A stretch of 64,000 nucleotides of DNA from Giardia intestinalis. Lineage: Eukaryota. The position numbers were made by a program, and so were the translations under genes. Positions within the stretch are counted from its first letter, which is position 1, and each line of letters begins with the position of its first letter. The stretch is taken from NCBI GenBank assembly GCA_000002435.2, contig CM018791.1; one strand, given 5' to 3'. Below, one piece after another: positions 37,801-46,907 of this stretch. The notes beneath the pieces were generated by a model, which worked only from the letters and a program-made list of their open reading frames with translations, was not told where the DNA came from and searched no databases.

Positions 37801-39004
37801 GCTCCGCGGAGAAGGCATAATTGTGTTACCATCTTTGGAAGAAGTTGCACACTTTGTAGAGCTTTATAAGGAGTATGACCCCTCTGACTATGAGCATTTT
37901 CCTAAAGTGATTGAGAAGGGCAAGAAGAAGATCCTCCTCAATAGCTTTGGTAAAGAGTCGAAGGGTCCTGTCAGCAGATTTGTCGTTCGCACTCCGTCGT
38001 CAAGCAATCCGGGGAGTACTCCTGGAAGCAGGCCCAACACAGGCCGCCGCTTGGCATCAAGTAGTATCATTGAAACGTTTGGAACCGTAGAGCCACAGGC
38101 GGCTCCCCTAGAGAACCGGGACACTGTAGTCAATCGCATGCCAACAATGCAGTGTCTGCCCATCACGGGGACTGAAGCAGAGTTTACTAATAAAATCACA
38201 GCATGCCACAGCCAGCGGATTGATTCTTTAGAGAAACAACTCGTTAACAGTAGGCTTTGGACCCTCGCAGCACAACTAGACACGGAGACTCAAAACTTCG
38301 ACGAGTTTCTGATACTGACGAATCGGCTCCATCAGCCCGAAAACGAGCACATCCTTCGTGGCCCACTTCGCTTTGCCACCACCAATTCCTGGGTCACGAA
38401 AGATAATGTCTTTTATTTGCACGAACGGGCAAAGTGTCTTCAGGAGCTGGGGCTGCACGAACTTGCGACAGATGACTTCACATCAGTATTGCGGTTTCAG
38501 CCAACAAACGATCGGGCATTTTTCAGACGCGGTTTCAGCCTTCGTGCGCTTGGAATGATTGATGAGGCGGCTCTAGACTTCGAAAAAGCAAAGAAGTTGC
38601 GACCAGATGTGAGCCAATATCATCTAGATTATGAAAACATGAGCCAGATTGGCTATCTAGAGCTTGTTCCATATGGACAAGAGGAGTTTTACACTGGGGA
38701 GGCCAGTACAGACATCCAGAAGTCGGATCCTGAGGGCCTTTACAACAGTGACACGTATCCACCGCTTCCGGACGAGCAGTACCTTCAGACTCGCCTGCAG
38801 AACACGCACTTCTATTATATTAATACGCAAGATGTCTTTGACATGGTGCGTACGTTAAACGATTCGATACGGCTTCGCCGGCAGGTTGAGTCACCCACCA
38901 TTCCTCTCACTGAAGAAGACACCGCATTATTGAACAATGACGTAGACGACATACCTCCAGACGCCAGTGTATCAATTGATGGGCCTACACAAGCAGCCCA
39001 ATGA
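34877..39004 (+). CDS. Tetratricopeptide-repeat (TPR) protein, 1375 aa.
   Basis: Many 34-aa TPR units with the W-LG-Y / A-F-A-P signature (AKRGLWLEAVALYTESIDLIPTNAMTFFNRAKCYFEM..., FFRRGVCYYDLRRWSDSISDFSRCLEINPAHPSAYSRRGAAYLKL..., and C-terminal FFRRGFSLRALGMIDEAALDFEKAKKLRPD). Confidence 0.8.
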   Translation: MYADRQRKKVMERDAQIKLAQGDKLAKRGLWLEAVALYTESIDLIPTNAMTFFNRAKCYFEMHDYHRYVFDISLAIHIEPTNYVFYVARSHGFYMLKKVQEALKDLDYAISETGSSADLFFRRGVCYYDLRRWSDSISDFSRCLEINPAHPSAYSRRGAAYLKLKNGALAIDDLRKSVNVSSRSLQHKNYFKLAIANLIIGDALAAVEAFSAALEIARNYRAELISKQKAKASKVATYGISGIAQKEEEEKIDIKRVIMTVDKVRYQLIAFEDNETFNIFDDAVNAEPPKYTPMAIYTPSNKKLEQLSSEKAELEATEKCFPEYLASRGKAKALLGRHSEALQDFSESISYSPNNPQTYYERSNAFRIMGFYENALRDIEFCAHRKLNADIAYAKAIICENIGELEESLVIYEAILAGLFSKPYTTDYLQSLGDRGQSSIDAIVELSLRGADETMIAAEQLINETRFVKMIELDAYVDDLTERSKRVTNYPGNTTRPNLSISTGISSDHEGSKDSPNDKSGLPSALISNTTPHAQEQIFGKSQRSTVTADGKVFPKPRFFHLPSLYHAALLYRQKLNFERATELIRYALSLDPLDDKLYELLAILHYDALDYHNGIACVEKVIEIQSTSPTGVFWETYYLLGMCHMKLQNYSKALECMILAQKQPAGGAKEPLYKQIEAEKINGVLASLPPGSNIAIAYLTYAGSSAIPRDPLSPTSAARGYRAGQSTQTEQRDTSPNSVIFPLLDLSGALPGCNNLHVLLRKAECLFYLSDYIGCVRSCSLALKEFNFSQYTHRGVRLISTVANLIRNNKPLRQYDLAQVVKTNGNVMSQEEIASLSTMVEVPLNGSDKEYLFNVYFLRARALAIINRLERAVKDAFRARHVYLNLGTMATTGIGALLYFMSRTYAFLRLYTKSYHCARDAIKAGLPYYAISRAHYMQGVALMYTNRKELAAKCFSLALKTSFTAKFAGPIFEKLRGEGIIVLPSLEEVAHFVELYKEYDPSDYEHFPKVIEKGKKKILLNSFGKESKGPVSRFVVRTPSSSNPGSTPGSRPNTGRRLASSSIIETFGTVEPQAAPLENRDTVVNRMPTMQCLPITGTEAEFTNKITACHSQRIDSLEKQLVNSRLWTLAAQLDTETQNFDEFLILTNRLHQPENEHILRGPLRFATTNSWVTKDNVFYLHERAKCLQELGLHELATDDFTSVLRFQPTNDRAFFRRGFSLRALGMIDEAALDFEKAKKLRPDVSQYHLDYENMSQIGYLELVPYGQEEFYTGEASTDIQKSDPEGLYNSDTYPPLPDEQYLQTRLQNTHFYYINTQDVFDMVRTLNDSIRLRRQVESPTIPLTEEDTALLNNDVDDIPPDASVSIDGPTQAAQ

Positions 39005-39043
39005 AGAGTAACGCATGCATACGTAAATTTACGTTAAGATAGG

Positions 39044-42000
39044 CTAAATACCGTGCTTATAAATAGAAGCTATACGGTTTGCTACGTCGCGCTTGGCCGT
39101 TCTTTGGTTGAGAAAAATCTGCAGCTCATCAACGATGTCCTTGTGGCCTTCTCGCAAAGCAACATCTAGGGCTTCGAGACCGTACGTCTCTCCCTCGTAT
39201 GGCAATATCTTACGTAGGGACTCTACATGGCCTTTCCGGGCAGCTATCTTGAGGGCAGAGCTGAAGAACGAGCCTTTTCTATTACCCTCAACTGGCGCAA
39301 GAACTTCACAGCATTCTGCACGATTGTATGTGGCAGCAATCATCAAAGCTGTTCTTCCGTCCTTGTCACAAGACCCGTGCTCAGCACCTAGGAGGATCTT
39401 ACACACTTCTGGGTGTCCGTTCATGGCTGCATACATAAGTCCCGTGTAGCTGCGTGCATCTGACATTGACGCCTCATGTGGAGCTAGTAGCTGGACAAGC
39501 GCGGGATTTCCCTTACTTGCAGCAAAGATCAGAGCAGTCTTCCCGTCCTTATTTATCATTCTAGATTCATACTGACACAAGATCTTGGCACACGCAAGCT
39601 TCCCTTGTAGTGACGCCTCCATAAGAGCTGTTTTCCCGTCTTTGTTTTGCATCTTGCTTTCGTGGGCAGACAGTATTTTGACTATGTCGTCATACCCTCG
39701 TGTTGCTGCCATGATCAGGGACGTAGACCCATCGTGCCGTGAAAGCGTTGCTTCAACGGGGGCAAGAAGTTCCACGCACTTAGTGTGGTGGTTCATCGTA
39801 GCAAACATAAGGGCTGTGAGCCCATCACTGTTGTGCATTCTTCCTTCGTAATTAAGCAATAGCTCAACTGTCGAAGTGCTTCCGTGACCAGCAGCCTTCA
39901 TAAGCGCTGTGGTACCGTCCTTTGTCGTCAGCTTCGCTTCTTTGTCTACCAAGAGCCGACACAGGTCGCTGTTATTAAAGAATGCAGCCCACAACAGAGC
40001 AGTTTCACCCTTCTTGTTCTGTGCCCCTGCTTGAACAAGATTTGAAATAGCATCAGTATAGGAGCTGCGCTTGCAGGCCCGGATGAGACGCGTATTTCCT
40101 TCCGGATCAACCAAGTTCTCAGGGTGTACAACGGATGCCAACTCTTCGTTCATGTGTACAACGGATGCCGTGTTAGATCTTAGTGGAAACACACCAGGTA
40201 ACTGTACAACAGATGGAGTTCGCTGAGTTGGTGTGAAAGAGCGTCCTGTAACTGCACTATAGACACGCTCTGGTGTCCCGACGGAATTGGTGATGATCCC
40301 GGCCACTTCATAAAGGCTTGTTATACGCCTGTTTTGCAAAGCCTTGGTAACCATCTGGTTTATCTCACTTTCTGCTGAAACATTTGCAGGTGCTGAATCA
40401 GCTTGTGGTGCCGAAGGCTGATCTGTAACACTTGTAGCCTGACCTGTTCGCATGTTTATTGCTGAGTTTTTATTCCCAGCTGAGACAAGTAGCCGGTGGA
40501 CGCTCTTGCTTTGTGCAAGGACCCGTTCTCTCTGATCTTCTAGTAGGTTATTTATTGGCTGCTTCTCATAGTTTTCTACCATCACAGGTGGTGTCGGGGC
40601 ACTCGGCTTATCCTCTATATGTGTCGAGTGCCTTATTGGATGCTTGGATCGCGAAGGAGTAGGATTGCGTGTAGAGTTTGAAAATATCCTCGGCTTTGCT
40701 GTCTTCGGAAGAACAGACGTGGGCATGGGCTTAACTCGAGGAACCTCATTTATTTTACTACTAAGGGGGTCAAATCGATTCCGTGCTTGAGAGGCATGAC
40801 CAGACGAATCTTCATTTGCAGTGTGCTCTTGAGATTTATAGGCCTGTGCTGGAGGATCACTGGATCCCGAAATGCTCATTGTTCCGGTGTTAGTACCAGA
40901 GTTAGAATGGTCGAAGTGACCAGAATTAGCGGAGGGTACTGATATGCCCGTTGCTTCTATGCTGTTAATCGAACAAGTGGCAGCCGGGGAGATAGATGCA
41001 ATACCATGACTCTCCTCTCTATGGAGTTCTCCACTGGCTACACACAAGTCCGAGCTGTGATGCTTGGCTACATCTCGGATGTCTTTACCACTAGATACAG
41101 TAGAAGAGGTTGATGATCTTTTGGGTACAACAGGAGCGCTATTGCTGCCTGCGATATCTGCTCCGCTGGGAGGAATGGTGGAGCTAGGAAGCGCCAGTGT
41201 AGCACTCAATGATACGGTCTGGCAGGGGTGCTCTGAAGTTATTGCAACCTTTCTAGACATGGCATCAAGTGCCTCGACAATCCTGTTATGCTGAAGCAGA
41301 TCAGCTGTGCTAATTCGACACGCGGGCTTCGGCCGTATCATATTCTCTATCACTTCGTGTAGTTCCTTGCTATAGAATTGGGGCATTTCCGGGTATACAC
41401 CACTCCGGATCATACGAATGAGCGGGCCCATCCCAACAGCTACAAAGGGAGGTCGGAGGGCACACACGTGATAGATTGTGCACCCAAGAGACCAGATATC
41501 TACTGCACCACCATGGTACTCCCGTACACCCTCATGAATCTCAGGCGGGGCGTATAGAGGCGTTCCGCACTTGGTTGAGTTCAGCTTGTCGCCTTTAATG
41601 GCGGTAGAAACATTAAAATCTGCTAGCTTTATGTTCCCCTCTTTATCTAAAAGAAGATTCGCCGGCTTAATGTCCCGGTGATAAACCTTTCCGATATTGT
41701 GTGTTACCCCCTCCTCGTCTTGATACTTTTTGTTGAAGGGGCTGTGTAAATAGGTGAGCGCTTGGATGGCCTGCGCAAGAAAGCCCCATATAGCTGCCTC
41801 TGGGACCATTCTTTTCTTTGACTTGCTATCGTCGATCAAGCGCTGAAGATCTGACTCACAAAGCTCCATGAAGACATACAGCGTACAGTTCTCCTTATCA
41901 TCAATGACGTCATAGCACTGAACAATGTGCGGGTGGTGCATGTGCTTAAGTATGCGGGATTCTTTGAACATAGACTCGGGGTCCTTCACTCCCTCATAGC

Positions 42001-42121
42001 TGACTATCTTACACGCCACCTCCGTAGTGGTGTCGGTATTCCGCGCCTTCACTACCCGACCAAACGCCCCTTGCCCTATGCTTCCTATGTATTCATAGGG
42101 GTGGGGGAGACTCACCGACAT
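39044..42121 (-). CDS. NEK-family Ser/Thr kinase with a C-terminal ankyrin-repeat array.
   Basis: N-terminal kinase (GQGAFGRVV, ACKIV, YHRDIKPANLLL, DFN, PPE). C-terminal multiple 33-aa ankyrin repeats (G-TALM-AA--GH---V-LL). Confidence 0.85.
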   Translation of the reverse strand: MSVSLPHPYEYIGSIGQGAFGRVVKARNTDTTTEVACKIVSYEGVKDPESMFKESRILKHMHHPHIVQCYDVIDDKENCTLYVFMELCESDLQRLIDDSKSKKRMVPEAAIWGFLAQAIQALTYLHSPFNKKYQDEEGVTHNIGKVYHRDIKPANLLLDKEGNIKLADFNVSTAIKGDKLNSTKCGTPLYAPPEIHEGVREYHGGAVDIWSLGCTIYHVCALRPPFVAVGMGPLIRMIRSGVYPEMPQFYSKELHEVIENMIRPKPACRISTADLLQHNRIVEALDAMSRKVAITSEHPCQTVSLSATLALPSSTIPPSGADIAGSNSAPVVPKRSSTSSTVSSGKDIRDVAKHHSSDLCVASGELHREESHGIASISPAATCSINSIEATGISVPSANSGHFDHSNSGTNTGTMSISGSSDPPAQAYKSQEHTANEDSSGHASQARNRFDPLSSKINEVPRVKPMPTSVLPKTAKPRIFSNSTRNPTPSRSKHPIRHSTHIEDKPSAPTPPVMVENYEKQPINNLLEDQRERVLAQSKSVHRLLVSAGNKNSAINMRTGQATSVTDQPSAPQADSAPANVSAESEINQMVTKALQNRRITSLYEVAGIITNSVGTPERVYSAVTGRSFTPTQRTPSVVQLPGVFPLRSNTASVVHMNEELASVVHPENLVDPEGNTRLIRACKRSSYTDAISNLVQAGAQNKKGETALLWAAFFNNSDLCRLLVDKEAKLTTKDGTTALMKAAGHGSTSTVELLLNYEGRMHNSDGLTALMFATMNHHTKCVELLAPVEATLSRHDGSTSLIMAATRGYDDIVKILSAHESKMQNKDGKTALMEASLQGKLACAKILCQYESRMINKDGKTALIFAASKGNPALVQLLAPHEASMSDARSYTGLMYAAMNGHPEVCKILLGAEHGSCDKDGRTALMIAATYNRAECCEVLAPVEGNRKGSFFSSALKIAARKGHVESLRKILPYEGETYGLEALDVALREGHKDIVDELQIFLNQRTAKRDVANRIASIYKHGI

Positions 42122-42135
42122 ATATTTTTCACTAT

Positions 42136-43089
42136 TTACAGATCAAGGAATTCCGCGAGTATATCAAAGTGACTGGCCGGTTGGCTATCCGCCACGGTAG
42201 AGTTCGTTGTCGACTGCTCAGTTGTGCGGGTAGCACGGAGGTCACAGTCTTGAGATAGGCCAGGCACCGCATCGGGAAAGCTATCTTCGGAGTTTATAGT
42301 TATCGTTCGACACTCCCGCTCATAGGCCAATAATCTATTTATGTGCTGGATCTCTTCCTGGAAGCAGTCATTCCCAGCGCTAGAGTCCGGGCCTTGCTCC
42401 TTTAGAGAGCTCATTCGGGAGTTAAACTCGTCCAGCGCTCTGAGAAGTCCGCTGTGCCTGCTCTTGTAGAGCCGCTTGAAGTACGCCGTAATGCATCGCT
42501 TAGGGCGCGTTGGAAAGTGTATGGCAATAGGATCAAAGCTGATCCCAAATCTGCGGACAAGATCTATGAGCCTCTCTATTTCCGAAACCTTCCACTGGCG
42601 ACCATGGGTAACTAGAAACGTCGAATCATCTGCTTCTTCATAATTCTTTGCTAACCTGTTGGTGCGAAGCCGTGCCTTGATGGCTTCTGCTTCTTTATCA
42701 CGCCGGGACCTGGTGCGGTAATTGATCCCGAGCTTTGTTGGATACTTAACAGCCACCGAGTAGTCATTGGAGTGCTGCTCATCGAACATGACCAAGTAAT
42801 CATCTACGCAATCGTCGTCAAAGTCCAGAAGATTGCCATCGGAAGGGTTGTTATCGTGGGTTCCGGGTACTACATTGGAAAGGTCCGCTTCGGTAGCAAA
42901 GTAGTTCTCTATGTCGAGTAAAGAGCCCTTTTCGCTCTCATCGGGGACTACGTTACGCAACTCGTCGATACTTTGCTGATCACGCTCCCGTGCTTCGCGC
43001 GCCGTGCGACGCCTATAGTCTGCGTAGGCTTCATCTTCCTTCGTATCATAGGCTATCAGGTCAGCAATGCTCATGTGAAGGTTGGGCAT
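42136..43089 (-). CDS. Hypothetical protein with a SANT/Myb-like domain.
   Basis: WKVSEIERLIDLVRRFGISFDPIAIHFPTRPKRCITAYFKRLYK fits the SANT/Myb helix pattern. The TAA stop is only 14 nt from the downstream NEK ATG. Confidence 0.5.
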   Translation of the reverse strand: MPNLHMSIADLIAYDTKEDEAYADYRRRTAREARERDQQSIDELRNVVPDESEKGSLLDIENYFATEADLSNVVPGTHDNNPSDGNLLDFDDDCVDDYLVMFDEQHSNDYSVAVKYPTKLGINYRTRSRRDKEAEAIKARLRTNRLAKNYEEADDSTFLVTHGRQWKVSEIERLIDLVRRFGISFDPIAIHFPTRPKRCITAYFKRLYKSRHSGLLRALDEFNSRMSSLKEQGPDSSAGNDCFQEEIQHINRLLAYERECRTITINSEDSFPDAVPGLSQDCDLRATRTTEQSTTNSTVADSQPASHFDILAEFLDL

Positions 43090-43196
43090 TGAATCCTGCC
43101 GTCAAGAATAGCTGTCAATATCGCAATTGAACTCAAGCCAGGATTAAAATAAATGGAAAGACGCACTGAAAAAAATACCAGGTCTGGCGCTACTAC

Positions 43197-44570
43197 ATGT
43201 CCATAAACCCCGATGCACCCCAGTCCAACGGAGAGCAGGAGCGACAGATAGCAATCTGGCAACTAAAGAGAACAATAGAAAAGCTGGAGTCGTACACAGG
43301 ATCTGGAACATCCGTCATCTCTCTCCTAATTCCCCCCGGCGAACAGCTGAGTAGCGTTACTGGGATGCTAACCAATGAGTATGGGACAGCAAGCAATATC
43401 AAATCTCGCGTTAATAAGAACGCTGTGCTCTCGGCGATCACTTCAGCCATGAGCCGCCTTAAGTTGTATAACCGTCTCCCACCGAACGGTCTTGCAGTTT
43501 ACTGCGGCGAGATCGAAGAAGACGGCAAGAACACCAAGGTTGTAATAGACTACACCCCATATAAGCCCATATCAAACTTCATCTACCTTTGTGACAGCAA
43601 GTTCCACACCGAGCACTTGCGCGAGCTTCTCACCAATGACGATACCTTCGGATTCATTATAATGGACGGTAAGGAGACGCTCATGGCCACACTGTCAGGT
43701 ACTGTCAGGACGATTCTGGATCGATTCACCGTAGACCTGCCGAAGAAGCATGGGCGTGGAGGTCAGTCATCGGTTCGCTTTGCTAGGCTTCGTGAGGAAG
43801 CGAGGCACAATTACGTCCGCAAGGTCGCAGAAAGAGCGAACAGCCTTTTCATCAGCTCAGGGCCAACAGGAACTAACAAGCCCATTGTTTCTGGACTCAT
43901 TCTCGGCGGGTCAGCTGATTTCAAGAATGTACTCTCAACCTCCGCCATCTTTGACCAGCGTTTGCAGAGCATAGTCATGAAGCAGATAGACATCAACTAT
44001 GGGGGAGAGCAGGGCTTCAACCAAGCTATCGAAATGGCTGGGGACACACTTAAGGACGTCAAGCTTATTCAGGAGGTCAAGCTCCTTACGGAATTCACAG
44101 AGAACATTGCAAAGGACACCAAGCGCGTCTGTTTCGGAATAACTGACACCATTCGCTGTCTTGAAATGTCTGCAGTTGAGAAGCTAATTGTTTGGGACGA
44201 TCTCCCTTATCACCGGGTCACCCTCCAATGTGTTATCAATGGTGAAACCAGTGCCCCCGTGATAAAGTACCTCTTGAAGTCTCAGATGAGCAACCCAAAG
44301 TACCTAAGAGAGGTCATCAACGGAGAGGAGGTGCAGCTAGACATCATGGGCGATCAGTTACTCTTAGAGTGGTTTGTTGACAACTACAAGAATTATGGCG
44401 CAAGCTTGGAGTTTATAACAAACAGAAGCGCAGAGGGCACCCAGTTCTGCTCTGGATTTGGTGGAATTGGCGGACTCTTAAGGTGGCAGGTGGATCTGGT
44501 AGAGGCAGCAAGGTTTATGCAAGAGAGTGATGAGGACAGTTTCATGGACGATCTCGAGGACTTCATTTAA
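43197..44570 (+). CDS. ERF1: Eukaryotic peptide chain release factor subunit 1 (eRF1).
   Basis: TASNIKS motif, GGQ motif and YLCDSKF. High identity to human eRF1 throughout (GTSVISLLIPP..., LKLYNRLPPNGLAVYCGEI). The poly(A) signal AGTAAAT lies 7 nt after the stop. Confidence 0.95.
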   Translation: MSINPDAPQSNGEQERQIAIWQLKRTIEKLESYTGSGTSVISLLIPPGEQLSSVTGMLTNEYGTASNIKSRVNKNAVLSAITSAMSRLKLYNRLPPNGLAVYCGEIEEDGKNTKVVIDYTPYKPISNFIYLCDSKFHTEHLRELLTNDDTFGFIIMDGKETLMATLSGTVRTILDRFTVDLPKKHGRGGQSSVRFARLREEARHNYVRKVAERANSLFISSGPTGTNKPIVSGLILGGSADFKNVLSTSAIFDQRLQSIVMKQIDINYGGEQGFNQAIEMAGDTLKDVKLIQEVKLLTEFTENIAKDTKRVCFGITDTIRCLEMSAVEKLIVWDDLPYHRVTLQCVINGETSAPVIKYLLKSQMSNPKYLREVINGEEVQLDIMGDQLLLEWFVDNYKNYGASLEFITNRSAEGTQFCSGFGGIGGLLRWQVDLVEAARFMQESDEDSFMDDLEDFI

Positions 44571-44576
44571 CTTAGT

Positions 44577-44583
44577 AGTAAAT
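44577..44583 (+). promoter_or_regulatory. Poly(A) signal AGTAAAT after the eRF1 stop.
   Basis: AGTRAAY match 7 nt after the TAA at 44568-44570. Confidence 0.45.
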
Positions 44584-44628
44584 GCTACAGCCAGCACAGC
44601 CCCTAATACAGGAGTATTACCAGAGGTA

Positions 44629-45735
44629 TTACTCTGCAGCGTCTATTATTCCCTCTGCGGCTATGCTGTAGGATGCTTCTCCTTCCGCAAGAGACGGTGA
44701 GTCATAAATCTTAGCAACACGAGTATCTCCGCGGCCCTTGCGGAGGTACAAACGGGTGGTGCTGGCGTGGGCGAGGATGTGACCCCCAATCGGCTTCTTG
44801 GGATCGGCAGTGAACATCGCTGCACCGTCAACCTGCGCCATGACCTGATTAGTAACAAAAACGGCGAGGTTGAATTCGTCTGCAAGCTTTGCTAGGCCAG
44901 AAAGGTGTTGCCCGAGCTTCTGTTGCCTATCTGCAAGTTCTCCCCTGCCTGTGAAGTCCACCCTGAACAGCGCTGTGAGTGAGTCGACAATCACCAAAGA
45001 AAACTGATTCTCTACCATCAGCTTTGGTAACGCAGTAATGCACTCTATTTGCTGCTCATGTGTGTACACTCTTGCGACCATGATGTTATCCAATGCTTTT
45101 TTGGGGTTGAGCCCGAACCGCTCAGCAATGGGAGCAACCTTCTCTGGCCGAAAAGTGCCCTCCGTGTCTATGTAAACGGTCTTGCCTCCACCGCCGCCCT
45201 TGCTGACTGGAAGCTGGGCCGTAACGGCAAGTGTGTGACACAGCTGCGTCTTTCCAGTACGAAATTCCCCAAACACTTCAGTAATCGACATGGTCTCAAC
45301 TCCACCACCCAGCAGTGCATTGAAATCCGCACAGCCCGTGGATAGTCGCTTCACCTGCTGTCTTTTCTTGAGGGCTTCGCTGCCCGTGATGAATGTCTTC
45401 CCACACATCTCGGTTGCGACAGATAAGATCTTGTCGACTTTGGCCTCAGATATCCCCTTCACGTTTCCAAGAGCCTTTTTCGTGTGCATAAGAAGCGACT
45501 GAATTGTGTGAATCCCTGCCTCCTTGAGGCGCTTAATATCCATTGTTGCAATTCCACTCTTTGTAAGGTCGTCTATCGGGCTGACTATGTGCTTGGTTTG
45601 AGTGACATCTGCCATCGTCAAGTCCCCCTCCGTAGCCTCCTCTGTACCTGCAGAGGCTGCATCTACCACATCCGTCGCCTCAGTGCCCTCCGTAACGTCA
45701 CTCTCACTAACTTCAGCAGCTTTCCTGGGAGGCAT
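44629..45735 (-). CDS. Rad51/Dmc1-family recombinase (Giardia DMC1-type).
   Basis: GEFRTGKTQLCHTLAVTAQLP (Walker A), IDTEGTFRPE, LVIVDS (Walker B), and the ATP cap. About 70% identical to human RAD51 over the core. The ORF track start (45828) is a GTG; the first ATG at 45735 (MPPRKAAEV) has an AT-rich context. Confidence 0.9.
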   Translation of the reverse strand: MPPRKAAEVSESDVTEGTEATDVVDAASAGTEEATEGDLTMADVTQTKHIVSPIDDLTKSGIATMDIKRLKEAGIHTIQSLLMHTKKALGNVKGISEAKVDKILSVATEMCGKTFITGSEALKKRQQVKRLSTGCADFNALLGGGVETMSITEVFGEFRTGKTQLCHTLAVTAQLPVSKGGGGGKTVYIDTEGTFRPEKVAPIAERFGLNPKKALDNIMVARVYTHEQQIECITALPKLMVENQFSLVIVDSLTALFRVDFTGRGELADRQQKLGQHLSGLAKLADEFNLAVFVTNQVMAQVDGAAMFTADPKKPIGGHILAHASTTRLYLRKGRGDTRVAKIYDSPSLAEGEASYSIAAEGIIDAAE

Positions 45736-45775
45736 GTCTTGGACTTTCAAATAAATTAAAAACCCAAAGAATTGG

Positions 45776-46840
45776 ATGGAAATACACGAGGACTTGAAGC
45801 CGATATCTGACTTCTTGAAGCAGTACACAGCCTATGATGTAATGCCCACCAGTGCGAAGTGCATTGTCATCGAGTCTGGAATTAGCGTCTACCGGGCGTA
45901 TCGAATAATGGGCGAGAACAGGACCTCCGTTGCCTATATTTGGCACGCCACGAACCAAACATTAATAGGTGTCTTGACCATTAACGATATAATGTCTGCC
46001 ATATTATCCCTTCATAAGTATTTCTTTGGGCAGAACAAGGTGCAGGACGTACAAACATTTATGCGATCTGTTTATCCTCAGGCCCTCCAGATCCATGAAA
46101 ATATAACGATACTCCACCTACTTAACTATGTAACCATTAATTCCATCAAATCGGGAGGTACATTTCTGCACGCTCCTCCAGAAATTACGCTATTTGATAC
46201 GCTGAGGTTGCTCAGGTCCCACTCTGTGCACAGATTGCCAATCATTGATGACGGTGGCAGTGTTCTTTGTAGCATGACATACAGGAGCCTTTGCAAATTT
46301 CTGGTCGGCAAGTTCCGCTTGCCATCCAAGATCCTCCAAACCCCGGTTCTATCCTTAATATCAGGGGATCGCTCCCCTTGTGTCGTTCGACCTGAGAGCA
46401 CCTTTGAAGAGGCTCTAGAGCAGATGCTTGCGCACCATCTCTCCAGTATACCCGTGGTGAACGCCGAGACACAAGAAATAATAGAAGTCTTTAGCAAGTA
46501 CGATGTGGCGGCGCTATCTATGACACCAGAAAACATCTCGTTGGACGCCCGGGTTATTGATTTGATAAACACTAGACCGCCACAGGTAGAGGGACTTAGC
46601 TTGATGCCAGAGACAGCTACTTGTGGAGATATACTCAAGGAGATTGCCACAAGGAATATCCATCGTGTTGTGTTGGTTGACGAGGCAACACGCAAGCATA
46701 TAGTCGCGGTTGTCTCTCTTAGGCATATCCTTGATTTCATGTCTGACACTATTGCCTCGGAGAAACTAAAACCAATCGAGCAAATAACCCTGCAGTCAAC
46801 TATAAGTGCATGCCCCACAGATAGTGACCAGTCTCTTTAG
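45776..46840 (+). CDS. AMPK gamma / SNF4-like regulatory subunit (four CBS domains).
   Basis: Aligns to PRKAG1 across all four CBS repeats (YDVMPTSAKCIVIE..., HRLPIIDDGG..., IPVVNAETQEIIEVFSKYDV..., IHRVVLVDEATRKHIVAVVSLRHILDF). Confidence 0.85.
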   Translation: MEIHEDLKPISDFLKQYTAYDVMPTSAKCIVIESGISVYRAYRIMGENRTSVAYIWHATNQTLIGVLTINDIMSAILSLHKYFFGQNKVQDVQTFMRSVYPQALQIHENITILHLLNYVTINSIKSGGTFLHAPPEITLFDTLRLLRSHSVHRLPIIDDGGSVLCSMTYRSLCKFLVGKFRLPSKILQTPVLSLISGDRSPCVVRPESTFEEALEQMLAHHLSSIPVVNAETQEIIEVFSKYDVAALSMTPENISLDARVIDLINTRPPQVEGLSLMPETATCGDILKEIATRNIHRVVLVDEATRKHIVAVVSLRHILDFMSDTIASEKLKPIEQITLQSTISACPTDSDQSL

Positions 46841-46907
46841 TGTAGCAGCATAACCTGCAATCTGTAAACCTCAGTGGAGAGAATGTGTGCTTCTCTATTG
46901 ATGCAGA

